From: Nostoc sp.
Lineage (GTDB): Bacteria > Cyanobacteriota > Cyanobacteriia > Cyanobacteriales > Nostocaceae
DNA length: 64,000 bases
Assembly: GCF_036917935.1 (NCBI RefSeq)
Contig: NZ_JBALEL010000022.1
Coordinates: forward strand, 111,460 to 175,459
Direction: 5' to 3'
Below, one piece after another: positions 43,547-53,902 of this stretch (the stretch's first letter is position 1; each line of letters starts with the position of its first letter). The notes beneath the pieces were generated by a model. It was not told where the DNA came from. It worked only from the letters and a program-made list of their open reading frames with translations, and did not search any database. A program made the position numbers and the translations under genes.

Positions 43547-43798
43547 ATGGAGCAAATTCCTCTACCTTCACCTATTCACTACGAACTTATACTTCAACTC
43601 TTAGAAAGACAAACTATGTTAGCAGTAAATGATAATCCAGATTTACGGTATCAGGTGAATCAGCTAATTATTACTCTCCGTAAAGCTGCTGTGCAGCAAA
43701 AGCGACTAGAAGAAATTTGCGAGTTTTCCTCTGTAACTATTGATCATCGTTGGTCGATCAACCATCATCACGATAGCAAAGTTGTTGCCCCCGATTGA
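43547..43798 (+). CDS. Small conserved cyanobacterial protein (DUF5340-like)
   Basis: MEQIPLPSPIHYELILQLLERQT...QLIITLRKA; lies downstream of trpC. Confidence 0.65.
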   Translation: MEQIPLPSPIHYELILQLLERQTMLAVNDNPDLRYQVNQLIITLRKAAVQQKRLEEICEFSSVTIDHRWSINHHHDSKVVAPD

Positions 43799-44279
43799 AG
43801 TTGATAAATTAAATATCTCAACCTCAAATTTGGCATTTTTGTGAAGTTAGCTTACCATCATCAGAAAGTGTCCCTGTGTATTGAAGTGGTGAGTGCTTAA
43901 AAGTTCCGCCGCACTTGCTTGACTCAAATGCACAGTTTGGGGTGTGATTTCAAAGAATTTATATACATTCTGGTTACAGAACTTTCTTAGCTTTGGAAAA
44001 ATATCTATAAATGCTAGATTTTAAATCGGCAGTTTCAACGCTCAGACTTTAATTGATATAATTTTTACTTTCTTTAGCTAGTTTTCTCAAGTTATACATA
44101 GTTGTTGTTTCTCTAACTACTAACTTAGCTTTTTACAATTTATACAATAATTCTATTAATGCTGTAGAAATAATCGTCATATTTATCAGATTTTAGCTCT
44201 GAAAAAGTTCATCTTGATTTAGAGGAAACTGTAGATAAGTTAAAATATTGATCAGATTCTCTCTCGAATTTGACAAAAG

Positions 44280-44942
44280 ATGAAATACAACAGCATTGAT
44301 GAACTCCTCAGAAATAATCAGGCTTGGGTTGCCGAAAAGCTAGCCCTAGACCCAACTTACTTTCAAGAATTATCTAGCGGACAAACACCACCTTTTCTAT
44401 ATATCGGGTGTTCTGACAGTCGTCTGGCATTAACAAAGTTTACCCATACAGAACCAGGAGAGTTATTTGTACATCGTAATATTGCCAATCAAGTTTCTCT
44501 AACGGATATAAACTTTTTAGCAGTTTTAGAATACGCAATTTTACATCTTAAAGTGGAACATATTATCGTTTGTGGTCACTATGATTGCGGAGGAATTAAG
44601 ATAGCTTTAGAAGGGAGAAGCATCGGAATTCTTGATAACTGGGTAAATCCGATTCGGGAACTGTATTTAGACAAACAAGAAGAAATTGATGCCTTGCCAA
44701 CAAGAGAAGAACGTCTGAATCGTTTGGCGGAAATCAATGTTGTGGCACAAGTAAAAAATCTTTACCAAACTTCCATCATGCGTCAGGTACTCCATGAGCG
44801 AAAAGCGCCTATGGTTCATGGCTGGGTACTAGATATACGCACTGGGTTAATCAAAGATTTGAACGTCTCAACTGTGCAATGGCAATTGCACATCTGCCCC
44901 TTGCTTCTAGAGTTTAGACTCTATGCCATGTTAAAAAATTAG
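44280..44942 (+). CDS. Beta-class carbonic anhydrase
   Basis: IGCSDSR, GELFVHRNIAN, CGHYDCGG zinc ligands. Confidence 0.93.
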   Translation: MKYNSIDELLRNNQAWVAEKLALDPTYFQELSSGQTPPFLYIGCSDSRLALTKFTHTEPGELFVHRNIANQVSLTDINFLAVLEYAILHLKVEHIIVCGHYDCGGIKIALEGRSIGILDNWVNPIRELYLDKQEEIDALPTREERLNRLAEINVVAQVKNLYQTSIMRQVLHERKAPMVHGWVLDIRTGLIKDLNVSTVQWQLHICPLLLEFRLYAMLKN

Positions 44943-45138
44943 AGTTAATTCGATATTTTCCACTACACCAAAGCCGACATTAGACACTTTATAAATACTG
45001 TTTTTACAACTTTTATTTAGATATCGGGTTTTATTGGGCAGTGTCTATGTATATTTCAAAAATAAAATAGGATTTTTAGAGATTTTTCTTTAATTAAAGT
45101 TAAAAATACAAAACAGTTAATTTCCTAACCTTTTTGAG

Positions 45139-45162
45139 AGAGGCAATTCATGAATTGCCTCT
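45139..45162. repeat. 24-bp perfect palindrome, REP-like
   Basis: AGAGGCAATTCATGAATTGCCTCT; degenerate relative at about 38326-38350. Confidence 0.6.
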
Positions 45163-45526
45163 ACACCAACATTACTCAGAATCAGTAACGCCGAGATTGG
45201 TACGCTCAACCTACTTCTACAAAGAATTATTTTTTAGCAATTATCCATATTGCATGAATAATCCCAGGAATGTAACCAAAAAGCGTCAAAAGTATATTAA
45301 TCCAAAAGTCTATACCAAAACCTACTTGTAAAAAAACTCCCAAAGGCGGCAGGAAAATGGCACACAGAATCCGAACTAAATCCATTTAAACCTCCTGTTC
45401 ATCTCACAAAAAACAGCTTGCTGGCGAACTGATTCACCACTGCTCAAGCATATTTGTACTTTTCAAAGATAACATTCCCTCTCTTAATCTAGATCGCGGT
45501 TTAGATACGGTAAACCGCACTCCAGA

Positions 45527-45874
45527 TTAGCCACCGCTAATTTTGGCTTTGTAACCTAGCTTGGTCAAAACCTCGACAATTTTCTGTTTGTGTTCGCCCT
45601 GAATTTCAATTTCGTTGTCTTTAAGTGTCCCACCTGTCCCACACTGGGTTTTCAACTGCTTCACCAAATCTGCTAAGGTTTCCGGTTTGGCTTGAAAACC
45701 ACTAATCACGGTGACGGTTTTGCCTTTGCGTCCTTTGCGGGAAGCTTGTACTTTCAGATTTTGTTGTTGTGGGGGTAGTTCTGGAATTGGTCTTTCTATG
45801 GCAGCGGAGTTGTCGTTGCCAAATTCGCGGTAGACAAAGCTTTTGTGAGAAGATTGAGAATTGGAAGAAGACAT
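45527..45874 (-). CDS. yciH: Translation initiation factor SUI1 (YciH)
   Basis: RKGRKGKTVTVISG, LKTQCGTGGT, IEIQGEH. Confidence 0.92.
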   Translation of the reverse strand: MSSSNSQSSHKSFVYREFGNDNSAAIERPIPELPPQQQNLKVQASRKGRKGKTVTVISGFQAKPETLADLVKQLKTQCGTGGTLKDNEIEIQGEHKQKIVEVLTKLGYKAKISGG

Positions 45875-46092
45875 AAAATGAATGTTTAAGAAAAATTTCA
45901 AAGGCAGTGGAAACTTTTACGCAACCATTCTGCTGGGATATCAATTTCTAGGCTAACATTACACATCTATACATCATAACCAAACTGACCTAACACTTGA
46001 ACTAATCCTTCCTTCTGTGGAAAATAGATTCAAATGGTTGAACTGATTTAGGAAAATGGCTTGTCTATGTCTATAATTAAACCTAATCTCAC

Positions 46093-46587
46093 CTAAACCA
46101 TCTCAAACTCTAATTGATGACTCTTGAGAAAATCATGGGTGAAGTGATCGACCATATTTGTATCAGCTAGTTCCAGATTATAAAAATCCACAGCTTCATG
46201 GTCAAAATGGGGGCCAGCGTGCCAAGTACCCTCATCTAGCTTGATAAAACAATCTCCCGGAATGCGGAAAGCAGCAATCTCTTTTAATGCGGGTTCATTC
46301 ACATTATTATCAGGAGGACAAACTGCAATTAACCAATCCTTCCCTGACAAAGAACCCAGACATTGAGTGCATTGGAGATGGCGAGTAATTTTGTGGAACT
46401 TTCGCCCTCTCTTCTCCAACCGCATAACATAAAATCGTGGAATCCCGTTTTGCAGGTTTAACTGGGCATCTTCCCCATCATAAGTTTTACCATCAAGACT
46501 TGCAAAAATCACCTGTCCATAACGGCGAAAGTTTTCAGAAGTCACCCATTGTACTTGCAATTGTTGCACTGTCTTTGATGTGTTCAT
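46093..46587 (-). CDS. Ureidoglycolate hydrolase/lyase-like cupin protein
   Basis: ENFRRYGQVI, RHLQCTQCLG, GTWHAGP, FYNLE. Confidence 0.8.
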   Translation of the reverse strand: MNTSKTVQQLQVQWVTSENFRRYGQVIFASLDGKTYDGEDAQLNLQNGIPRFYVMRLEKRGRKFHKITRHLQCTQCLGSLSGKDWLIAVCPPDNNVNEPALKEIAAFRIPGDCFIKLDEGTWHAGPHFDHEAVDFYNLELADTNMVDHFTHDFLKSHQLEFEMV

Positions 46588-46702
46588 ATCAAATCATTAA
46601 GAGAGATTATTTAGGTTTATTTTTGCCCAAAATGACTGAATTTTACACAGTCATGATGGTGATTTCCTCAGTTTAAATGCCCTAAATTATCAAAAAATAA
46701 CC

Positions 46703-47722
46703 TCAGCTAGCTAGATAACTACGCACTTGTTCCTTTTGGCGTCGGAGGAGACTGAGAGCTTTTTGTTCTATCTGACGCACCCGTTCTCGACTAATACCCA
46801 TGCGATCGCCAATCTGTGCTAAAGAAAGTTCATACCCATCAGTTAGACCAAAGCGCAAGGTTAATATTTCTCGCTGCTGGGGAGACAGCTTTGCCAATAA
46901 GTCTTGTAAGTCTTGGTGGAGAGATTCTTCAACCGCATAATCTTCGGGAGAAGGGCCATCATCCTCCAGTATGTCCTGCAATTCTGTATCTTGTTGTTCA
47001 CCAACTCGCGCCTCTAGAGAGAAGGGTTGACGCGCCAAGTACAAACACTCTCGAACTTGGCTAGGTGTCAAAGATAAGGCAGTGGCAATTTCAGCAGTAG
47101 TGGGAACGCGACCCAACTGTTGAGATAATTCTCGCTGCACCCGTTTAATTTTGTTCAGTTTCTCAAAGACGTGGATAGGTAAACGAATTGTCCGTCCTTG
47201 TTGAGCGATCGCCCGTGTAATTCCTTGACGAATCCACCAGTAAGCGTAGGTAGAAAACTTATAACCAAGGGCAGGATCAAATTTATCCACCCCTCGCTCC
47301 AAACCTAAAGTACCTTCTTGAATTAAATCCATAAATTCCAGGTTGCGGTGCTGGTATTTCTTCGCCACAGCTACCACTAACCGGAGATTAGCCTGAATCA
47401 TTTTCTGCTTGGCATGGTGTCCTAAATTTAGCTGTTGCTCTAACACCTCAACACTTAACTCCACCTGATCTGCCCATTCTTGCTGCGTGGGTTCGTGGTT
47501 TAATTTCACAGCCAATTCTTCTTTAGCAGCTAATAAACTCATCATCTGCTGCACTTGTTGGGCAAAAATAACCTCTTGTTCGCGAGTCAACAAATCTACA
47601 CGCCCGATCTCTTGCAGATAACTACGCACAATATCATCTGTAGCTCGAGGCTTTTTATCTGCGGCTAAACTTTTTTTCTTCGTTTTTTGAACTTCGGTAT
47701 GTGGAGATGTTAAGTTGCTCAT
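46703..47722 (-). CDS. Group 2 RNA polymerase sigma factor (SigB-like)
   Basis: VRSYLQEIGR, ANLRLVV, DLIQEG, KFSTYAYWWIRQ, ISRERVRQIE; no region 1.1. Confidence 0.93.
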   Translation of the reverse strand: MSNLTSPHTEVQKTKKKSLAADKKPRATDDIVRSYLQEIGRVDLLTREQEVIFAQQVQQMMSLLAAKEELAVKLNHEPTQQEWADQVELSVEVLEQQLNLGHHAKQKMIQANLRLVVAVAKKYQHRNLEFMDLIQEGTLGLERGVDKFDPALGYKFSTYAYWWIRQGITRAIAQQGRTIRLPIHVFEKLNKIKRVQRELSQQLGRVPTTAEIATALSLTPSQVRECLYLARQPFSLEARVGEQQDTELQDILEDDGPSPEDYAVEESLHQDLQDLLAKLSPQQREILTLRFGLTDGYELSLAQIGDRMGISRERVRQIEQKALSLLRRQKEQVRSYLAS

Positions 47723-48925
47723 GGTTATTTGCTCCTCTGTAACCTCATCAATTTATTGGTATCAAGTCTAGATATTCAGACCTACAGCCATTTCACACTG
47801 CCAATCAATACATATCTTGCAAAAGTCCCTAACACCCCATCCCTTAATTCCCTTTCCCTAGATTTTAGGGGAGACAAAGCGCAGCTTTGGCGGGGTGGAA
47901 CTATTATTTGTAATTTGTGCAACAGATGTAATCAATTGGCAACACTGATGAATTCTGGTCTATGATACATTACAAGTTAATTCTTGGAGATAATAAACCC
48001 AAAATCAACCCACCCATTAATACTAACATCATCACCAGTCACAAATCAATTACCTAAAGTATCATCAGCATATCCTTTGAAGTAATTACACTCCTTTTTT
48101 ATTGATTTTTGCATTTTTTCAACCACAATTATCTTTAGTTTAATTATCTAATGCAGTTCTGAGAAAAATTCCAAAACCTAACGATTAACGATTCTATTAT
48201 CTCAGAGTTAAATTACTAACAGCAACTTTTACAATCATCAAAATACAAAAAGCTTATTTGTTGAAGTGTTAATAGTCTAGTTATACTTTCATGCAATTCT
48301 AATTAAATATAAAATATCCATTTTCACCTCTACTTTTTTGCTAGATAATCCAATCATATCAAGCTGGGTACATAGCGGGCGAGCGTTAAACATGGGAGAA
48401 AGCACTTCTCCTTTTCCCGCTGCTCAATAACAGCTTTTTTTAGAAGTCAGGTCCAATATTTAGTAATTAGACATCTAATGAAATTAATTATGCGGTATCC
48501 AGAACCCTTGTAGAGACGTATCAGCACTACATCTCTACATTCATTTTCACTCATATCTCTATTAGGGATTGAGGATGACAAAAACGCAGATATCTGTGAC
48601 AATTGCATTTGTGTCATAGTGTACGCAGATATCTGTATTGGATGCGGTATTATCAATAGAATTACTCCTGAAGACATTTTATGGATTAAAAGTGGTAACA
48701 GTGGTAACACTAACACCAAGGATAATACTTGGCAAGATAGCAACACCCGCGATCGCCACTAAATATCCGATTGAAGCGAAAAGACTTTTATTTAGAGGTA
48801 GGTAGTTGATTGTTATAGAGCATAACTTGAACAACAAGATTCCTCACTTATTGGAGAAGTCGAAAATAGTCTGAGACTTATAACCAAGCAACATCTCATA
48901 GCTTTCTCGCTTACTATTTTTCACC

Positions 48926-48940
48926 TTAAGTTGACACCAA
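48926..48940. mobile_element. Solo terminal repeat end identical to the 37871-38062 MITE
   Basis: TTAAGTTGACACCAA; no partner end recognised nearby. Confidence 0.55.
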
Positions 48941-49034
48941 AGCAGATTTATGCATCTAGACAGATGATTGACTTATTGCCAAGATTTTTGCGAAAATGCT
49001 ACTATCTTGAAATTTTAATCTAACTCTTCAATCA

Positions 49035-49463
49035 TCACTTTAGTAGATATTGGTTAAGAAAAGCATTCACCTCATTGGCGCATAATCCGACATTAACTAT
49101 CTTTCCTGCTTTACTGATAATGTCTAATCCTTGACCATTATTCCGGGGGTCTGGATCAAGTATAGATACATATATTTCATGTATCCGACAATCTTCAGCG
49201 ATCGCTAAAGTACAGGCGGGAGTGCATCCATGAAAAGAACAAGGTTCAAGAGTTACATACATTTTCAAGAAGTTGAAAGCTTTACCTTGAATCTGTTTAA
49301 GTGCGTCAGCCTCAGCATGGTGTTTTCCTGGTGCTTGCGTGTATCCTTGAGCCACTATCTTTTGGGTATCTATAATTACACAACCTACTGGTGGATTAGG
49401 CAAACATTCCGGCAAAGCTTTTCTGCTTTGAGCTAAAGCAGCCAGCATAAATATTTCATCCAT
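49035..49463 (-). CDS. Stand-alone RibD-type deaminase domain
   Basis: PNPPVGCVI, HAE, YVTLEPC...PAC, DPDPRNNGQG; no reductase domain. Confidence 0.85.
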   Translation of the reverse strand: MDEIFMLAALAQSRKALPECLPNPPVGCVIIDTQKIVAQGYTQAPGKHHAEADALKQIQGKAFNFLKMYVTLEPCSFHGCTPACTLAIAEDCRIHEIYVSILDPDPRNNGQGLDIISKAGKIVNVGLCANEVNAFLNQYLLK

Positions 49464-49535
49464 GTTTGAGCGTAAATTATCTAGATAAATTACACTACCA
49501 AGAATTAGTTACCTATTGTTAAAAAAGTTCCTATA

Positions 49536-49919
49536 TCAAAACTTAGTAACTGTCACACTAATACCAGAATCCAGTTTAGGAACCTTGAGATACTCAATTG
49601 GCTCAGTACTTTGAGTCTTTGTTGGCTCCTGACATTGCTTAAAAAAAGCGCCTGGGTTATTAATGTACTCAAGCGGGTTAATTTTTTGGCATCCTTGCTC
49701 CTGCACTAACGAAATTGATTCACGAGTTTGTTTTGGATTATTAGTCTGTCCAATAAAATTACTCCATGTAGTGTTAATCGTGGCTGGTTCCGTCAATAAA
49801 ACTCCAGCCTGATTGCGATCGCCTGTTGTCATGGGAACATTCTCTTGGTTAGCATCTGCACTCTGGCTGAGAGCAAGTGCGCTAATCACAAGCACTAAGA
49901 TAATAGAAGAGGATTTCAT
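49536..49919 (-). CDS. Hypothetical secreted protein
   Basis: Signal-peptide-like N-terminus; ends EPIEYLKVPKLDSGISVTVTKF. Confidence 0.7.
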   Translation of the reverse strand: MKSSSIILVLVISALALSQSADANQENVPMTTGDRNQAGVLLTEPATINTTWSNFIGQTNNPKQTRESISLVQEQGCQKINPLEYINNPGAFFKQCQEPTKTQSTEPIEYLKVPKLDSGISVTVTKF

Positions 49920-50557
49920 AATTCAATCTCTCAACATTTAATGTCAGTTTAATAATTACAATTGGCTAGATACAGAAACCAAAAAATAGCAATCTAGCTA
50001 TGGGTACTTCAGATTAACACAGGTAATAAGAAGTATAGCCAAACTTCATTAAAAATATAGTAAAGAGTGACGCAAGTTTGCCTACCTTGAACAAGTTCCT
50101 TGAGCTACTTGTCTGGTTAATTGAGATAGTAAGTGGATTTCCCCCCTCCTGTACTAGTCTGATAGCATTTTGTATGAATTTTTTGTAAAGTTCTCGAATT
50201 CAGTGTTCTTACATAATATGATAGTGATTGTTAGATTAATAATCAATACTTGCATCAGTAGTAGTAGTAACACAAAACTAAGTTAACCAAAAAAAGTGGA
50301 AAGCCACTAAATCAGGGAGGAAATTGCGATCTATCTTGTTTTTGCTGTCAGGAGAATATCAATGTAAGTTGTTAACTTTGCGACTTGCAAAACTATTAGT
50401 TAACTTCAGATATTGAACAACCTCAGCCAAAAGGCATTAGCTGAAAATCAACGCAAATATTACCATCGCAAAGTAAACTACAGTGCTACTGTAAGCGAAA
50501 TGCTGAGAACAATCTACTGTAAGTAAATAGTCTTTTTTATAAAAGTTTGTATATATT

Positions 50558-52762
50558 ATGACGATGGAATCTTTACCAAACTTTGAAGAAGTAAATATTC
50601 AGAAATACTTAGAAGTTATTCAACGGCGTTGGCTACCTCTAGTTGGAATTTTTGCCATATCTGTTACCCTTGGATGCTTGTATGCATTTTCACTAAAACC
50701 TTCATACAAAGCAGAAGGAAGTTTGATGATTAAAACAAATCGCTCTTCCTCACTCACGGGCTTACCGGATGACATAGGACGCCTAGAAGCTTTGAATGTG
50801 AACGACAATCCCCTGGAAACTCAGGTGAGAGTTATTGGATCGAATCCAGTAATTGAGAAAACAATTAATTCCCTTAACCTCAAAGATAGTCAAGGCAAAC
50901 TGCTCTCGATTCCCGACTTGGCAAAACAACTAAAAATAGAAGGAATCAAAGGCACTGATGTTGTACAACTTTCTTATAAAGGCGGCGATCCGGAACTAGC
51001 TGCTAAAATTGTCAATGAAGTTATTGACAGTTATATCGATCTAAATATCAAGGCTAATCAGAATGAAGCGCGGACAGCCAAACAGGTTCTTGTAACAGAA
51101 GTACCTAAAGCTGAGGAAATTGTCAGAAGAGCCGAATCAAAACTGCGGCTATTTAAAGAAACGAATAAAGTTGTTGTCCTAGAACAAGAAGCAACCGCAG
51201 CAGTCGATACAATTTCCAAGTTAGGAAACCAAATTTCTCAAGCTTTAGCTCAACTAGATGATGTCAAGGGTCGTCTAGAACAGTTAACCAGTGAAGCTCA
51301 GGTAGATTCACGGCAAGGTGTAATCGAATCTGAATTGAGTCAAGCACCTGGAGTTCAGAAAGTGCTTGCCCAACTCCAAGAAACAGAGAGCCAACTGGCA
51401 CTTGAGCGTACCCGTTTTTCACCTGAACACCCTACAATCACTAACTTAGAAGAAAAAGTCGCAGCTCTTAACAACTTGTTAAAAGAGCGCACAGGACAAG
51501 TAGCAGGTTCAGCGCAGATAACACAGGGAAGTTTACAAGTTGGACAACTGCGGCAAAGCCTAATTGCAGATATTACTCGTGCTCAGGCAGAACGCGTTGG
51601 TCTGGAGAGACAAATTGCCACACTCAAGCAACAGCAAGATGCCTACATCAAACGAGCAAATAATTTACCAAGGCTAGAACAGAATCAACGAGAGCTAGAA
51701 CGGAAGTTGCAAGCAGCTCAAACAACTTACGAAACACTCTTAAAGAAACGCCAAGAAATTGATATTGCACAGAACCAAAAGATTCCTAATGCTCGTGTTA
51801 TTTCCTATGCCTTAATCCCTGATAAAGCAGAAGGACCTCGCAAAATTCTGTTTATTGTTGGTGGTGGAGGAGTTGGTCTTTTCTTAGGTATAATTATTGC
51901 CTTTAGTTTAGACTTGATAGACCGCTCGGTGAAGACCGTCAAAGAAGCCAAAGAAGTCTTGAGATATAGTGTTTTGGGAGTGATTCCCACACAAGGTAAA
52001 AATGGTAAAGATCATTCTTCTATAGCAGGACTCGATAGACCTATTCCCAAAATCATCGGCAGAGATATTCCTTACTTCCCTGTTGGTAATGCATACCAAA
52101 TACTACAAGTTAACTTGAAGTTCCTCTGTTCTGATAAACCGCTCAAAAGTATTGTAATTACAAGTTCTGTTGCCAAAGAAGGAAAGTCTGACGTATCTGC
52201 AAATTTAGCTGTGACTATGGCTCAGGCTGGGCGTCGGGTGTTATTGGTGGATGCAGATATGCGTCATCCTATACAGCATCATATCTGGGGGCTAACAAAT
52301 ACAACAGGACTAAGTAATGTAATTACTGGACAAGCTTTATTAGATACATCGGTACAAGAAGTAATGCCTAATCTGGAGGTTCTTACTTCTGGAGTTTTAC
52401 CTCCCAATCCAGTAGCAATGCTAGATTCTCAACGCATGGTGACATTAATTAGTAACTTTGAGAGAGAATACGATCTTGTGATTTTTGATACTCCGCCTCT
52501 GTCAGGAATAGCAGATGCTGCTGTTTTAAGCACCCTGACTGACGGTATCTTATTAGTCGTTCGTCCTGGAGTGGTTGACTTGAGCAGTGCGAATGCAGCT
52601 AAAGAGTTTTTAACTCAGTCAGGTCAGAAGGTATTAGGGATAGTCATCAATGGTGTAAATACTAAAAATGAACCTAATAATTATTTTCATGACACCAAAA
52701 AACGACAAATTGAGGAAGATTTGGTATCGAGTAGCTTAACAAAATTTCGCAAAGAGCGTTAA
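50558..52762 (+). CDS. wzc: GumC/Wzc polysaccharide chain-length determinant and tyrosine kinase
   Basis: Two TM segments around a long coiled coil; Walker A SSVAKEGKS, LLVDADMR, IFDTPP. Confidence 0.92.
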   Translation: MTMESLPNFEEVNIQKYLEVIQRRWLPLVGIFAISVTLGCLYAFSLKPSYKAEGSLMIKTNRSSSLTGLPDDIGRLEALNVNDNPLETQVRVIGSNPVIEKTINSLNLKDSQGKLLSIPDLAKQLKIEGIKGTDVVQLSYKGGDPELAAKIVNEVIDSYIDLNIKANQNEARTAKQVLVTEVPKAEEIVRRAESKLRLFKETNKVVVLEQEATAAVDTISKLGNQISQALAQLDDVKGRLEQLTSEAQVDSRQGVIESELSQAPGVQKVLAQLQETESQLALERTRFSPEHPTITNLEEKVAALNNLLKERTGQVAGSAQITQGSLQVGQLRQSLIADITRAQAERVGLERQIATLKQQQDAYIKRANNLPRLEQNQRELERKLQAAQTTYETLLKKRQEIDIAQNQKIPNARVISYALIPDKAEGPRKILFIVGGGGVGLFLGIIIAFSLDLIDRSVKTVKEAKEVLRYSVLGVIPTQGKNGKDHSSIAGLDRPIPKIIGRDIPYFPVGNAYQILQVNLKFLCSDKPLKSIVITSSVAKEGKSDVSANLAVTMAQAGRRVLLVDADMRHPIQHHIWGLTNTTGLSNVITGQALLDTSVQEVMPNLEVLTSGVLPPNPVAMLDSQRMVTLISNFEREYDLVIFDTPPLSGIADAAVLSTLTDGILLVVRPGVVDLSSANAAKEFLTQSGQKVLGIVINGVNTKNEPNNYFHDTKKRQIEEDLVSSSLTKFRKER

Positions 52763-52817
52763 TTTCTCTTATAAATTGTGAAAGCGGCTATCACTACAAC
52801 CATTTAAACCCAACTTT

Positions 52818-53786
52818 TTGACTGTAGAAATAATGGATAAAAATAAAATTAAAACATCTTGTTTAATTAATAATTACAATTATGCTGAATTTCTCTCTGA
52901 GGCAATTGATAGCGCTTTAAATCAGACAGTTAAATTTGATGAGATTATTATTGTTGATGACGCATCCACAGATAACTCTGCGGAAGTCATCAATAAATTT
53001 ACTCAAGTAGCTAATGTTAAATGTATCTTGAAAGAAAAAAATGAAGGACAATTATCATCCTTTAATGAAGGATTTTTAGCTGCAACTGGTGACATTATAT
53101 TTTTTTTAGACGCTGATGATATTTATGAACCTCAGTATTTAGAAACCGCTCTAAATTTTTACAAGAGACGTAGTGAATGTGATTTGATATTTTGTGCTTA
53201 TAAAAAATTTGGAGCCGTGGAAGGAACATTTCAAAGTGATGCAGTTGATTTAGATTTGGGTTATTCAGTAATCAGAACTTTATATAATGGTGAATGGATT
53301 GGTTCGATAACTTCAACATTATCAATACGTAGAGAAATAGTCAGAAAATTTTTACCTATTCCAAATATAGAAGATTGGCGTGTAAGGGCTGATGACTGTC
53401 TGGTATGGGGAGCTTCTTTGGTAGGGGCTAAAAAGTTTTATATGTCTAAACCTCTAGTGATGTATAGAATACATGAGAATAATCAGTATCATAATAAAAA
53501 GTTTTTAGACATAGACAAAAACTATGAATACAAGAGATTCTGGAAACGCAATTCCCTCTTTAATTATATTCTGCAAAAAAATAATTTTAGCTCACCGTTA
53601 TTCTTAGCTTTCACATCTCTCAATGAGTTAAAAACAATATCATGCCCAAAATATCAAGATTTTGTTTCGTATTTGAAAATAATATTTTTGTTTGAGCATA
53701 GTTTGTTTTGGAAAATAAAGGGGATGATTTTACTATTTAGCTATTTTTTTAAAACTTTGATGACTGGTAAATTAAAAACATGGTAG
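52818..53786 (+). CDS. Glycosyltransferase family 2
   Basis: NNYNYAEFL, IIVDDASTDNS, FFLDADD. TTG start is uncertain. Confidence 0.9.
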   Translation: MTVEIMDKNKIKTSCLINNYNYAEFLSEAIDSALNQTVKFDEIIIVDDASTDNSAEVINKFTQVANVKCILKEKNEGQLSSFNEGFLAATGDIIFFLDADDIYEPQYLETALNFYKRRSECDLIFCAYKKFGAVEGTFQSDAVDLDLGYSVIRTLYNGEWIGSITSTLSIRREIVRKFLPIPNIEDWRVRADDCLVWGASLVGAKKFYMSKPLVMYRIHENNQYHNKKFLDIDKNYEYKRFWKRNSLFNYILQKNNFSSPLFLAFTSLNELKTISCPKYQDFVSYLKIIFLFEHSLFWKIKGMILLFSYFFKTLMTGKLKTW

Positions 53787-53902
53787 GCGGTAAATGATGT
53801 GAGTTACTGGATAAATACATTTTATTTTGTATCTGTGAAAACGAAAAAATAGCCTGAGCTTGATAGGGATAGAGAATGTCATATTATTAATTAATAAAAA
53901 TA

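Noticed and set aside
48447-48746. 99-aa minus-strand ORF
   Set aside because: Composition looks like the antisense of a low-complexity region; no motif.
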